A stretch of 64,000 bases of DNA from Escherichia coli (GCF_003334335.1 NZ_QOWQ01000024.1), one strand, 5' to 3'; counted from the stretch's first letter, positions 1 to 11,121 are shown. A program made the numbers and translations. Notes: generated from the sequence alone by a model not told the origin.

Positions 1-64
1 ACGCGAGGCATCGTCTTAACGAGGCACCGAGGCGTCGCATTCTTCAGATGGTTCAACCCTTAAG

Positions 65-667
65 TTAGCGCTTATGGGGATCCTCCCCGCCATTGGCAAA
101 CCAGCTTGCGGCAAGGCGCTGTTTTTCTTTCATCTGACGTTGCAGGCTATCACCGGTGATCAGCCGTAACGCCTGATTCGGGCAAGCGCGAACGCAGGCC
201 GGACCTTCTGGCAAGAAATCACACAGGTCGCATTTCACCGCGACGGTCTGGACACCAGGTTCCCAGCGCAGCAAAGCATGTTGTGTTGGCGCGTTTTCTT
301 CGCCGTCTTTGAGTGAGCCTTCAGCCTGAAAAACATATTGCGCATGGGCATTCACCGGACGGCTTCCTGAAGCGCTGATTGCGCCAAATGGGCAGACCAC
401 GGCGCAAAGCTTGCAGCCAATACAGAGGCTTTCGTTGAGTTGGATCGCATCATCCCTCTGAGAGATGGCATTGACCGGGCAGACCTGCAGGCAAGGGGCT
501 TCCTCACAGTGATGACACACGACAGGGGCAGTGATTGTTGACGTCTTCGCCAGGGCCAGGCGCGGGTGTTGCTGTAAACCTTGCGTTTTATGCACGTCCG
601 AACAGGCAGCGAGACAGGTATTACATCCTGTACACCACAGTGGTTCGGCCACCACAAAGCGGTTCAT
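65..667 (-). CDS. hyfA: hydrogenase-4 component A, 4Fe-4S ferredoxin-type subunit
   Basis: ORF-track frame 65..706 with repeated CxxCxxCxxxCP ferredoxin motifs. Start placed at the internal ATG (665-667) because an AAGGAG Shine-Dalgarno lies 6 nt upstream and a sigma-54 -24/-12 motif sits between the two candidate ATGs. Confidence 0.85.
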   Translation of the reverse strand: MNRFVVAEPLWCTGCNTCLAACSDVHKTQGLQQHPRLALAKTSTITAPVVCHHCEEAPCLQVCPVNAISQRDDAIQLNESLCIGCKLCAVVCPFGAISASGSRPVNAHAQYVFQAEGSLKDGEENAPTQHALLRWEPGVQTVAVKCDLCDFLPEGPACVRACPNQALRLITGDSLQRQMKEKQRLAASWFANGGEDPHKR

Positions 668-707
668 GTCGGCTCCTTGAAAATGATATGAAACATTGCA
701 TTTCATA

Positions 708-724
708 TTGCATAAAGGATGCCA
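708..724 (-). promoter_or_regulatory. sigma-54 type -24/-12 promoter element (TGGCAT-N8-TGCA) upstream of hyfA
   Basis: Reverse complement of 708..724 reads TGGCATCCTTTATGCAA, with GG and GC at the canonical sigma-54 spacing, about 40 nt upstream of the hyfA ATG. The hyf operon is reported to be sigma-54 dependent. Confidence 0.55.
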
Positions 725-819
725 TTCTGATTAACTCAATATATTCAATAAGTTATGTATTAACTGGATTCTGAACGGTACAAAAATGATGGTCATTAAC
801 GTTCAGCAAAAAATGGATT

Positions 820-833
820 CGACACCCGTGTCG
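820..833. promoter_or_regulatory. inverted repeat CGACA-N4-TGTCG, candidate enhancer-binding-protein site for the hyf sigma-54 promoter
   Basis: Perfect 5-bp arms read directly, about 100 bp upstream of the -24 element, a typical distance for sigma-54 activator sites. Confidence 0.3.
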
Positions 834-849
834 CAGGGGAAAGCGAGAA

Positions 850-865
850 TGTGATCTTGATCACG
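850..865. promoter_or_regulatory. CRP-like site TGTGA-N6-TCAC
   Basis: Sequence ATGTGATCTTGATCACG matches the CRP consensus TGTGA-N6-TCACA at 9 of 10 core positions. Location is the bcp-hyfA intergenic region. Confidence 0.35.
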
Positions 866-919
866 AGAAGTGAGGTATGCTGGCCGCAAGCGCAGCCAGC
901 ACGGAATGGAGCAAAGTAA

Positions 920-1390
920 TCAGGCGTGTTCTTTCAGCCAGTTCAGCACAACGTCGTGGTGATTGCTGGTTTTGAAATCGTCAAAGACATGTTCGATTTT
1001 GCCATCAGCGTCAATCAGGAAGCTGATGCGATGAATGCCATCGTAGGTTTTGCCCATGAAGGACTTTTCACCCCAGACGCCGAATTGTTCGCACACCTGG
1101 TGGTCCTCATCAGACAGGAGCGTAAAGTTAAGCAGCTCTTTTTCCGCAAAACGGGAGAGTTTTTCGGGTTTATCGGTGCTGATACCCAGCACATCAACGC
1201 CCGCTTTTTTCAACTCATCCATGTTATCGCGTAAGCCGCAGGCCTGTACGGTACAGCCGGGGGTCATGGCTTTCGGGTAGAAATAAACCAGAACACGCTG
1301 TCCCTGGAAGTCGGTCAAATTAACTTGTTCTCCGTCTTGATCCGGCAAGCTAAATTTCGGTGCGATATCACCGGCTTTCAGTGGATTCAT
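920..1390 (-). CDS. bcp: thiol peroxidase / peroxiredoxin Bcp
   Basis: 156-aa ORF with peroxiredoxin motif (PKAMTPGCT) and full-length match to recalled E. coli Bcp. Confidence 0.95.
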   Translation of the reverse strand: MNPLKAGDIAPKFSLPDQDGEQVNLTDFQGQRVLVYFYPKAMTPGCTVQACGLRDNMDELKKAGVDVLGISTDKPEKLSRFAEKELLNFTLLSDEDHQVCEQFGVWGEKSFMGKTYDGIHRISFLIDADGKIEHVFDDFKTSNHHDVVLNWLKEHA

Positions 1391-1962
1391 TACTTAACTC
1401 CATCCTGTTCATCATGTTGGGAATAATTGACGACGTTAATACTGCCTTGTGCATTGAGTTCTGTACATAGGGCTTTGAACGCTTGCTCAATATTTGCTGC
1501 GTCCGCAGATGCGGGGCTGTGGGCGGTTATCTGAATATGCAACTGCGCAGCCCGTTCATTTTCAGCAGGTTGCGTGCGCGACACCAGCTCCGCAATGTTC
1601 ATATGATGCGCGTCGAAAAGTGCTGTGAAGCGTTCAATTAAATGCGGGGAGTCTGCCACATCGACCTGAACCCAGACAGATGCTGGCATTGGCGGACGCG
1701 GACGCGCCGTCGTGCGCTTCATCACGATTAAAAGATCCAGTTCGGCACCTTTCAACGGTAACGTTGATTCAATCAGAGTAATGGCATTCCATGAACCGGA
1801 AAGCAGCATAATAAACGTGAACTCTTCTCCCAGCATCGCCAGGCGACTGTCTTCAATATTACAGCCGCAACTACTGACATGACGGGTGATGGTGTTCACA
1901 ATTCCAGGGCGATCGGCACCCAACGCAGTGATCACCAGATAATGTTGCGATGACAGTGTCAA
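1390..1962 (-). CDS. gcvR: glycine cleavage system transcriptional repressor
   Basis: ORF-track frame 1390..2028. Recalled GcvR (190 aa, begins MTLSSQHY) corresponds to a TTG start at 1962. The stop overlaps the bcp ATG by 1 nt. Confidence 0.85.
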   Translation of the reverse strand: MTLSSQHYLVITALGADRPGIVNTITRHVSSCGCNIEDSRLAMLGEEFTFIMLLSGSWNAITLIESTLPLKGAELDLLIVMKRTTARPRPPMPASVWVQVDVADSPHLIERFTALFDAHHMNIAELVSRTQPAENERAAQLHIQITAHSPASADAANIEQAFKALCTELNAQGSINVVNYSQHDEQDGVK

Positions 1963-2107
1963 ACTGGTTATTCCTTTAAGGGGTGAGTTGTTCTTAAGGA
2001 AAGCATAAAAAAAACATGCATACAACAATCAGAACGGTTCTGTCTGCTTGCTTTTAATGCCATACCAAACGTACCATTGAGACACTTGTTTGCACAGAGG
2101 ATGGCCC

Positions 2108-2986
2108 ATGTTCACGGGAAGTATTGTCGCGATTGTTACTCCGATGGATGAAAAAGGTAATGTCTGTCGGGCTAGCTTGAAAAAACTGATTGATTATCAT
2201 GTCGCCAGCGGTACTTCGGCGATCGTTTCTGTTGGCACCACTGGCGAGTCCGCTACCTTAAATCATGACGAACATGCTGATGTGGTGATGATGACGCTGG
2301 ATCTGGCTGATGGGCGCATTCCGGTAATTGCCGGGACCGGCGCTAACGCTACTGCGGAAGCCATTAGCCTGACGCAGCGCTTCAATGACAGTGGTATCGT
2401 CGGCTGCCTGACGGTAACCCCTTACTACAATCGTCCGTCGCAAGAAGGTTTGTATCAGCATTTCAAAGCCATCGCTGAGCATACTGACCTGCCGCAAATT
2501 CTGTATAATGTGCCGTCCCGTACTGGCTGCGATCTGCTCCCGGAAACGGTGGGCCGTCTGGCGAAAGTAAAAAATATTATCGGAATCAAAGAGGCAACAG
2601 GGAACTTAACGCGTGTAAACCAGATCAAAGAGCTGGTTTCAGATGATTTTGTTCTGCTGAGCGGCGATGATGCGAGCGCGCTGGACTTCATGCAATTGGG
2701 CGGTCATGGGGTTATTTCCGTTACGGCTAACGTCGCAGCGCGTGATATGGCCCAGATGTGCAAACTGGCAGCAGAAGGGCATTTTGCCGAGGCACGCGTT
2801 ATTAATCAGCGTCTGATGCCATTACACAACAAACTATTTGTCGAACCCAATCCAATCCCGGTGAAATGGGCATGTAAGGAACTGGGTCTTGTGGCGACCG
2901 ATACGCTGCGCCTGCCAATGACACCAATCACCGACAGTGGTCGTGAGACGGTCAGAGCGGCGCTTAAGCATGCCGGTTTGCTGTAA
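2108..2986 (+). CDS. dapA: 4-hydroxy-tetrahydrodipicolinate synthase
   Basis: ORF-track frame 2090..2986. Protein from the internal ATG reads [17 protein letters not shown], the recalled DapA N-terminus. Confidence 0.95.
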
Positions 2987-3002
2987 AGTTTAGGGAGATT
3001 TG

Positions 3003-4037
3003 ATGGCTTACTCTGTTCAAAAGTCGCGCCTGGCAAAGGTTGCGGGTGTTTCGCTTGTTTTATTACTCGCTGCCTGTAGTTCTGACTCACGCTATAAGCG
3101 TCAGGTCAGTGGTGATGAAGCCTACCTGGAAGCGGCACCGCTTGCGGAGCTTCATGCCCCGGCTGGAATGATTTTGCCGGTGACCTCCGGTGATTATGCA
3201 ATCCCGGTGACCAACGGTAGTGGTGCTGTCGGTAAGGCGCTGGACATTCGTCCACCAGCCCAGCCGCTGGCACTGGTTTCTGGCGCGCGTACCCAGTTCA
3301 CGGGCGATACCGCTTCATTGCTGGTGGAAAATGGTCGTGGCAATACTCTGTGGCCGCAGGTGGTTAGCGTGCTGCAGGCGAAAAACTACACCATCACCCA
3401 ACGTGATGATGCTGGTCAGACACTGACCACCGATTGGGTACAATGGAACCGTCTGGACGAAGACGAGCAGTATCGTGGTCGTTATCAAATCTCTGTTAAG
3501 CCGCAGGGTTATCAGCAGGCGGTTACGGTTAAACTGCTGAACCTGGAACAGGCGGGCAAACCGGTTGCAGACGCGGCTTCCATGCAGCGTTACAGCACGG
3601 AGATGATGAACGTTATTTCCGCCGGTCTGGATAAATCTGCCACTGACGCCGCGAACGCTGCGCAAAATCGTGCCTCCACCACTATGGACGTACAAAGTGC
3701 AGCTGATGACACCGGTTTACCAATGCTGGTCGTACGCGGGCCGTTCAATGTGGTTTGGCAACGTCTGCCAGCGGCGCTGGAAAAAGTGGGCATGAAAGTG
3801 ACCGACAGCACCCGTTCGCAGGGCAACATGGCCGTAACTTATAAGCCGCTGTCTGACAGCGACTGGCAGGAACTGGGCGCGAGCGATCCAGGCCTGGCAT
3901 CCGGTGACTATAAACTGCAGGTTGGCGATTTAGATAACCGCAGCAGCCTACAGTTCATCGATCCGAAAGGTCATACTCTGACTCAGAGTCAGAACGACGC
4001 GCTGGTAGCTGTCTTCCAGGCTGCGTTTAGCAAGTAA
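3003..4037 (+). CDS. bamC: outer-membrane protein assembly factor lipoprotein BamC (NlpB)
   Basis: 344/345-aa ORF with lipoprotein signal peptide and lipobox LLAAC, 16 nt downstream of dapA. Confidence 0.95.
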
Positions 4038-4043
4038 AAATAC

Positions 4044-4070
4044 AGGGCTGGAATCATCCGGCCCTTTTTT
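4044..4070 (+). terminator. intrinsic terminator after bamC
   Basis: Hairpin AGGGCTGG-AATCAT-CCGGCCCT followed by T6, 7 nt after the bamC stop. Confidence 0.7.
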
Positions 4071-4080
4071 CTGATATGAT

Positions 4081-4096
4081 ACGCAAACGTGTGCGT
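4081..4096. promoter_or_regulatory. PurR operator (PUR box) upstream of purC
   Basis: ACGCAAACGTGTGCGT matches the 16-bp PurR box consensus (ACGCAAACGTTTTCNT class) with one deviation from perfect dyad symmetry. Confidence 0.7.
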
Positions 4097-4149
4097 CTGC
4101 AGGAAAACGCGATTTTAGCGGTAATTCGCACGAAATTTGTTTGTCGGAC

Positions 4150-4186
<37 letters not shown>

Positions 4187-4249
4187 ACATCCGGCACACC
4201 AGACAGCAAAAGATTTTAAAACGTTAATTCACACCCAGGAGTGATAAAG

Positions 4250-4963
4250 ATGCAAAAGCAAGCTGAGTTGTATCGTGGTAAAGCGAAAACCGTATACAGC
4301 ACGGAAAACCCGGACCTGTTGGTGCTCGAATTCCGCAATGATACGTCAGCAGGGGATGGCGCGCGCATTGAGCAGTTTGATCGCAAAGGTATGGTGAACA
4401 ACAAGTTCAACTACTTCATTATGAGCAAACTGGCTGAAGCGGGTATCCCGACTCAAATGGAGCGTCTGCTCTCCGATACCGAATGTCTGGTGAAAAAGCT
4501 GGATATGGTGCCGGTTGAGTGTGTCGTGCGTAACCGTGCTGCTGGCTCTCTGGTGAAACGTCTTGGAATCGAAGAAGGTATTGAGCTGAACCCGCCGCTG
4601 TTCGATCTGTTCCTGAAAAACGACGCCATGCACGATCCGATGGTCAACGAATCTTACTGCGAAACCTTTGGCTGGGTGAGCAAAGAGAACCTGGCGCGTA
4701 TGAAAGAGCTGACCTACAAAGCGAACGACGTGCTGAAAAAACTGTTCGATGATGCTGGTCTGATTCTGGTCGACTTCAAGCTGGAATTTGGTCTGTACAA
4801 AGGCGAAGTGGTACTGGGTGATGAGTTCTCCCCGGACGGTAGCCGCCTGTGGGACAAAGAAACGCTGGAGAAAATGGACAAAGACCGTTTCCGCCAGAGC
4901 CTCGGTGGCCTGATCGAAGCCTATGAAGCCGTCGCCCGCCGCCTGGGTGTACAGCTGGACTGA
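4250..4963 (+). CDS. purC: phosphoribosylaminoimidazole-succinocarboxamide synthase (SAICAR synthetase)
   Basis: ORF-track frame 4241..4963. ATG at 4250 is preceded by an AGGAG Shine-Dalgarno and gives the 237-aa product beginning [16 protein letters not shown]. Confidence 0.95.
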
Positions 4964-5130
4964 TTTTTCTGTTCATCATCTTGCCGTGCAGCTGGCACGG
5001 CAAGACAACCGCTCTCGGAATATATGCATTGAACGCTCATTCCTCCGCCATTTCATCCCGCTTTCCTGTGGTAATCTTCCTCTGAACCACCTACGATCAT
5101 TTCTATAATGAATATATTGTTGAGGTATCT

Positions 5131-5994
5131 ATGCGTTGGCAAGGGCGACGTGAAAGTGACAATGTTGAAGACAGGCGCAACAGCTCTGGTGGTCCATCTA
5201 TGGGCGGTCCCGGTTTTCGCCTGCCAAGCGGTAAAGGCGGGCTGATTTTACTGATAGTCGTGCTGGTTGCAGGCTACTATGGTGTTGATTTAACCGGGTT
5301 GATGACCGGGCAGCCGGTTTCCCAACAACAATCAACGCGGTCAATTAGCCCAAATGAAGACGAAGCCGCAAAATTCACCTCGGTGATTCTGGCAACCACG
5401 GAAGACACCTGGGGACAACAGTTCGAGAAGATGGGTAAGACCTATCAGCAACCGAAGCTGGTCATGTACCGTGGAATGACGCGTACCGGCTGCGGGGCGG
5501 GCCAGTCCATAATGGGGCCGTTCTATTGCCCGGCGGATGGCACGGTTTATATCGATCTCTCCTTCTATGATGACATGAAAGACAAACTTGGCGCGGATGG
5601 CGATTTTGCCCAGGGGTACGTTATCGCCCATGAAGTCGGTCATCATGTGCAGAAACTGTTAGGCATCGAGCCGAAAGTTCGTCAACTGCAACAAAACGCG
5701 ACGCAGGCGGAAGTAAACCGCTTATCTGTGCGTATGGAACTCCAGGCCGACTGTTTTGCCGGTGTCTGGGGGCATAGTATGCAGCAGCAAGGCGTTCTGG
5801 AAACCGGCGATCTGGAAGAGGCGCTGAACGCGGCGCAGGCCATCGGCGATGACCGTTTACAACAGCAAAGTCAGGGGCGAGTAGTACCAGACAGTTTCAC
5901 TCATGGCACTTCTCAGCAACGCTACAGCTGGTTTAAACGTGGTTTCGACAGCGGCGATCCGGCACAATGCAATACTTTTGGTAAAAGCATTTAA
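5131..5994 (+). CDS. ypfJ: putative zinc metallopeptidase-like protein YpfJ
   Basis: 287-aa ORF with HExxH motif (AHEVGHHVQ) and an N-terminal hydrophobic segment. Confidence 0.9.
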
Positions 5995-6008
5995 CTTCCG
6001 GGGCAGGG

Positions 6009-8024
6009 ATGGCTGAACTGACTGCGCTTCACACATTAACAGCGCAAATGAAACGTGAAGGGATCCGCCGCTTGCAGGTGTTGAGCGGGGAAGAGGGTTG
6101 GTGTTTTGAGCATACTCTTAAGTTGCGTGATGCCTTACCTGGCGACTGGCTGTGGATTTCGCCGCGGCCAGATGCTGAAAACCACTGTTCTCCCTCGGCA
6201 CTACAAACTTTACTTGGGCGCGAGTTCCGGCATGCGGTATTCGACGCCCGCCACGGCTTTGATGCCGCTGCCTTTGCCGCACTTAGCGGAACGTTGAAAG
6301 CGGGAAGCTGGCTGGTTTTGTTACTCCCTGTATGGGAAGAGTGGGAAAACCAACCTGATGCCGACTCGCTGCGCTGGAGTGATTGCCCTGACCCTATTGC
6401 GACGCCGCATTTTGTCCAGCATCTCAAACGCGTACTTACGGCGGATAACGAGGCTATCCTCTGGCGGCAAAACCAGCCATTCTCGTTGGCGCATTTTACT
6501 CCCCGTACTGACTGGTACCCCGCGACTGGCGCACCACAACCAGAACAACAGCAACTCTTAAAGCAGCTAATGACCATGCCGCCGGGCGTGGCAGCGGTAA
6601 CGGCTGCGCGTGGGCGCGGTAAGTCGGCGTTGGCAGGGCAACTCATTTCTCGTATTGCGGGCAGAGCGATTGTCACCGCGCCCGCAAAAGCGTCAACGGA
6701 TGTACTGGCACAATTTGCGGGCGAGAAGTTTCGCTTTATTGCGCCGGATGCCTTGTTAGCCAGCGATGAGCAAGCCGACTGGCTGGTGGTCGATGAAGCC
6801 GCAGCCATACCTGCGCCATTGTTGCATCAACTGGTATCGCGTTTTCCTCGAACGTTGTTAACCACTACGGTGCAGGGCTACGAAGGCACCGGACGTGGTT
6901 TTTTGCTGAAATTTTGCGCTCGCTTTCCGCATTTACACCGTTTTGAACTGCAACAGCCGATCCGCTGGGCGCAGGGATGCCCGCTGGAAAAAATGGTCAG
7001 CGAGGCACTGGTTTTTGACGATGAAAACTTCACCCATACACCACAAGGCAATATTGTCATTTCCGCATTTGAACAGACGTTATGGCAAAGCGATCCAGAA
7101 ACGCCGTTAAAGGTTTATCAGCTCTTGTCTGGTGCGCACTATCGGACTTCGCCGCTGGATTTACGCCGGATGATGGATGCACCAGGGCAACATTTTTTAC
7201 AGGCGGCTGGCGAAAACGAGATTGCCGGGGCGCTGTGGCTGGTGGATGAGGGTGGATTATCTCAACAACTCAGTCAGGCGGTATGGGCAGGTTTTCGTCG
7301 CCCGCGGGGTAATCTGGTGGCCCAGTCGCTGGCGGCGCACGGCAACAATCCACTGGCGGCGACATTGCGTGGACGGCGGGTCAGCCGGATAGCAGTTCAT
7401 CCGGCTCGTCAGCGGGAAGGCACAGGGCGGCAACTTATTGCTGGTGCTTTGCAATATACGCAAGACCTCGACTATCTTTCGGTGAGTTTTGGTTACACCG
7501 GGGAGTTATGGCGTTTCTGGCAACGCTGCGGTTTTGTGCTGGTGCGGATGGGTAATCATCGGGAAGCCAGCAGCGGTTGCTATACGGCGATGGCGCTGTT
7601 ACCGATGAGTGATGCGGGTAAACAGCTGGCTGAACGTGAGCATTACCGTTTACGTCGCGATGCGCAAGCTCTCGCGCAGTGGAATGGCGAAACGCTTCCT
7701 GTTGATCCACTAAACGATGCCGTCCTTTCTGACGACGACTGGCTTGAACTGGCCGGTTTTGCTTTCGCTCATCGTCCGCTATTAACGTCGTTAGGTTGCT
7801 TATTGCGTCTGTTACAAACCAGTGAACTGGCATTACCGGCGCTGCGTGGGCGTTTACAGAAAAACGCCAGTGATGCGCAGTTATGTACCACACTTAAACT
7901 TTCAGGCCGCAAGATGTTACTGGTCCGTCAGCGGGAAGAGGCCGCGCAGGCGCTGTTCGCACTTAATGATGTTCGCACTGAGCGTCTGCGCGATCGCATA
8001 ACGCAATGGCAATTATTTCACTGA
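6009..8024 (+). CDS. tmcA: tRNA(Met) cytidine acetyltransferase
   Basis: 671-aa ORF with P-loop (ARGRGKSA) in the helicase-like domain and a C-terminal GNAT-like region. Length matches TmcA (YpfI). Confidence 0.9.
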   Translation: MAELTALHTLTAQMKREGIRRLQVLSGEEGWCFEHTLKLRDALPGDWLWISPRPDAENHCSPSALQTLLGREFRHAVFDARHGFDAAAFAALSGTLKAGSWLVLLLPVWEEWENQPDADSLRWSDCPDPIATPHFVQHLKRVLTADNEAILWRQNQPFSLAHFTPRTDWYPATGAPQPEQQQLLKQLMTMPPGVAAVTAARGRGKSALAGQLISRIAGRAIVTAPAKASTDVLAQFAGEKFRFIAPDALLASDEQADWLVVDEAAAIPAPLLHQLVSRFPRTLLTTTVQGYEGTGRGFLLKFCARFPHLHRFELQQPIRWAQGCPLEKMVSEALVFDDENFTHTPQGNIVISAFEQTLWQSDPETPLKVYQLLSGAHYRTSPLDLRRMMDAPGQHFLQAAGENEIAGALWLVDEGGLSQQLSQAVWAGFRRPRGNLVAQSLAAHGNNPLAATLRGRRVSRIAVHPARQREGTGRQLIAGALQYTQDLDYLSVSFGYTGELWRFWQRCGFVLVRMGNHREASSGCYTAMALLPMSDAGKQLAEREHYRLRRDAQALAQWNGETLPVDPLNDAVLSDDDWLELAGFAFAHRPLLTSLGCLLRLLQTSELALPALRGRLQKNASDAQLCTTLKLSGRKMLLVRQREEAAQALFALNDVRTERLRDRITQWQLFH

Positions 8025-8097
8025 CTCCTTCAATTTTATCTCATGGTCATTGTGAGTCAGCGGCGTAAAATTAATGACATCAGTTAAGGAGTTCGCC

Positions 8098-8796
8098 ATG
8101 AAACATGACCATTTTGTTGTTCAAAGCCCGGATAAACCTGCGCAACAGTTGTTACTGCTTTTCCACGGTGTCGGGGATAACCCGGTGGCAATGGGGGAAA
8201 TAGGCAACTGGTTTGCACCGCTGTTTCCTGATGCGCTGGTGGTGAGTGTCGGTGGCGCGGAGCCGAGCGGTAATCCGGCGGGGCGTCAGTGGTTTTCGGT
8301 GCAGGGTATTACGGAAGATAATCGCCAGGCGCGTGTGGATGCGATCATGCCGACGTTTATTGAAACGGTGCGCTACTGGCAGAAACAGAGCGGAGTAGGG
8401 GCTAACGCCACGGCGCTCATCGGTTTCTCTCAAGGCGCGATTATGGTGCTGGAGAGCATTAAAGCCGAACCGGGCCTTGCTTCACGCGTCATTGCTTTTA
8501 ACGGACGCTATGCGAGCCTGCCGGAAACTGCGTCTACAGCCACGACAATTCACCTGATTCATGGCGGTGAAGATCCGGTTATCGATCTGGCGCATGCGGT
8601 TGCTGCGCAGGAAGCGTTAATCAGTGCCGGTGGTGACGTGACGCTGGATATCGTGGAGGATTTAGGCCATGCGATCGACAATCGCAGTATGCAATTTGCC
8701 CTGGATCACTTGCGTTATACCATTCCGAAACATTATTTCGACGAAGCGCTAAGTGGCGGTAAGCCTGGCGATGATGATGTGATTGAAATGATGTAA
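8098..8796 (+). CDS. ypfH: alpha/beta-hydrolase esterase YpfH
   Basis: ORF-track frame 8074..8796. Nucleophile elbow GFSQG present. Start taken at the internal ATG, giving about 232 aa. Confidence 0.88.
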   Translation: MKHDHFVVQSPDKPAQQLLLLFHGVGDNPVAMGEIGNWFAPLFPDALVVSVGGAEPSGNPAGRQWFSVQGITEDNRQARVDAIMPTFIETVRYWQKQSGVGANATALIGFSQGAIMVLESIKAEPGLASRVIAFNGRYASLPETASTATTIHLIHGGEDPVIDLAHAVAAQEALISAGGDVTLDIVEDLGHAIDNRSMQFALDHLRYTIPKHYFDEALSGGKPGDDDVIEMM

Positions 8797-8810
8797 AAGA
8801 CAGATTACCT

Positions 8811-8890
8811 GGCCTGATAAGACGCGTGAGCGTCGCATCAGGCATCGTTCACCATTGCCGGATGCGGCGTTAACGCCTTATCCGGCCTAC
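8811..8890. repeat. BIME (pair of inverted REP elements)
   Basis: GCCTGATAAGACGCG...CGCATCAGGC and GCCGGATGCGGCG...CTTATCCGGCCTAC REP units between convergent ypfH and ypfN. Confidence 0.8.
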
Positions 8891-8905
8891 GGTTGAGCAC
8901 TCAGC

Positions 8906-9106
8906 TTACTTCTTCGGTTGATCCTTTTTCGGCCAGTCGTCGTCATCGTCCCACTTATCGTTGAAATCACGATGCGGGGGAAGCTCCGGCTTGTTGGCGA
9001 GAAATTTCTTATGGTCGACGCGCTTGAGATCTTTAATCACGTTCAGCAGGACGCCTACCAAAAAGACAATCACCAGAATCCACCAATATTTAGCCAGCCA
9101 GTCCAT
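8906..9106 (-). CDS. ypfN: small membrane protein, UPF0370 family
   Basis: ORF-track frame 8906..9130. The 66-aa product from the internal ATG ([21 protein letters not shown]) has a single transmembrane helix and an acidic C-terminal tail. Confidence 0.85.
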
Positions 9107-9133
9107 GCTTATTTCCTCTTGCAGAACCACTCA

Positions 9134-10261
9134 TCAGGCGACGAGCTGTTCCATGATACGTTGATACATACGGGCAAGTAGCTGCAGGTCGGCAGCGTTC
9201 ACACATTCATTAATTTTATGAATAGTGGCATTGACCGGCCCGAGTTCCACCACCTGCGCCCCCATGCGGGCAATAAAGCGCCCGTCGGACGTTCCGCCTG
9301 TGGTCAGTAGCTGCGGTTTAATTTCATTATAGTGCTCAACCGCGTTAACGACCGCATCCACCAGTTTACCGCGCGCGGTCAAAAATGGCTGCCCGGAAAG
9401 CCACCAATCCACCGTATAGCGCAGTTGATGTTTTTCAAGCAGGGCAAGCACCTGCGCTTTGATCATCTCATCAGTCAGTTCGGTGCTGAAGCGGAAGTTA
9501 AACTGCACAAACAGTTCACCCGGAATAACGTTGTTACTGCCCGTTCCCGCCTGAATATTGGCAATCTGCATACTGGTCGCCGGGAAGAATTCATTGCCCT
9601 GATCCCACTCAATAGCCACTAATTCATTAAGGAAAGGTGCTGCGCGATGTACCGGATTGTCAGCCAGATGTGGGTAGGCAACATGCCCCTGAACGCCATG
9701 AATGGTAAGGTTGCAGGTTAATGATCCGCGACGACCATTTTTCACCACATCACCTACCACTTCGATACTCGACGGTTCGCCAACCAGGCAGTAATCGAGA
9801 CGCTCATTACGTGCCATTAACGCTTCGACGACTTTTACCGTACCGTTGTGGGCACTGGCTTCTTCATCAGAGGTGATCAGAAATGCCAGTCGCCCCGTAT
9901 GGTTGGGATGTTGTGCGACAAAACGTTCTGCCGCCACCACCATCGCCGCCAGCGAGCCTTTCATATCTGCCGCACCGCGCCCGAATAACATGCCGTCACG
10001 AATGGTGGGTTCAAACGGGGGATTGATCCAACGATCGGCGTCGCCAGGCGGCACCACGTCGGTATGCCCGGCAAAGGCTAACGTTTCACCCTGCCCACGC
10101 CATGCCCAAAAATTCTGCGTATCGGCAAAGTCCATGCGTTCAACGGTAAAACCGATCGCCTGCAAACGTTCAATCAACAAAGCCTGGCATCCTGCATCAT
10201 CAGGACTCAGGGAAGGGCGGCGAATAAGCTGTTGTGTCAGCTCAATAACCGGGCACGACAT
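9134..10261 (-). CDS. dapE: succinyl-diaminopimelate desuccinylase
   Basis: 375-aa ORF, M20 peptidase family, full-length match to recalled DapE. Confidence 0.95.
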
Positions 10262-10264
10262 AGA

Positions 10265-10639
<375 letters not shown>

Positions 10640-11000
10640 TTATGAGAATAAATACTCATTTAAGGGTGAAAACATTTTGCCTGCAAATGATTATCAGGAA
10701 ATATAACATTATCGAAGTATTCAAATTAACAACTATTAAATAATATTAAACATTTTTAACGTAAACATTAAGAATATTCATCTTGTTATCTGTCTGTATT
10801 TTAACCAGAATTAAATCAGTATTAGATGCCGTATGAATATCTCGAAATGTTGCTGTGTATCACATACAAATCATCACCGCAGGACCATAGTATTTACATA
10901 AGATTTGTCCCCCGGAGGTAGTCATCGCAGCAATCGAGTAAATTAGCTTCACCACGGTATATTGTTTCCGTAGAATACCCATAATTATAAGAGAGGTTGT

Positions 11001-11060
11001 TATGATTGAACGTGAACTGGGGAACTGGAAAGACTTTATCGAAGTTATGCTTCGTAAGTA
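11001..11060 (+). CDS. ypfM: 19-aa small protein YpfM
   Basis: ATG ATT GAA CGT GAA CTG GGG AAC TGG AAA GAC TTT ATC GAA GTT ATG CTT CGT AAG TAA encodes MIERELGNWKDFIEVMLRK, matching the annotated E. coli small protein. A GAGAGG Shine-Dalgarno lies upstream. Confidence 0.7.
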
Positions 11061-11121
11061 ATTCCTGAGACAAAGTACAAACAGCAAGAACCCGCTGAGC
11101 AGGTTTTTAATCGGAAAGTTG

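Noticed and set aside
1-64. Start of hyfB downstream of hyfA on the minus strand
   Set aside because: Only about 60 nt are available and the reading frames did not give an N-terminus I could confidently recognise, so it is left unannotated.
8811-8890. REP/BIME elements as evidence of a mobile element or genomic island boundary (also 4150, 20140, 55432)
   Set aside because: REP elements are ubiquitous in E. coli intergenic regions. No transposase, integrase or RAYT gene, no tRNA, and no change in coding-gene continuity accompanies them.
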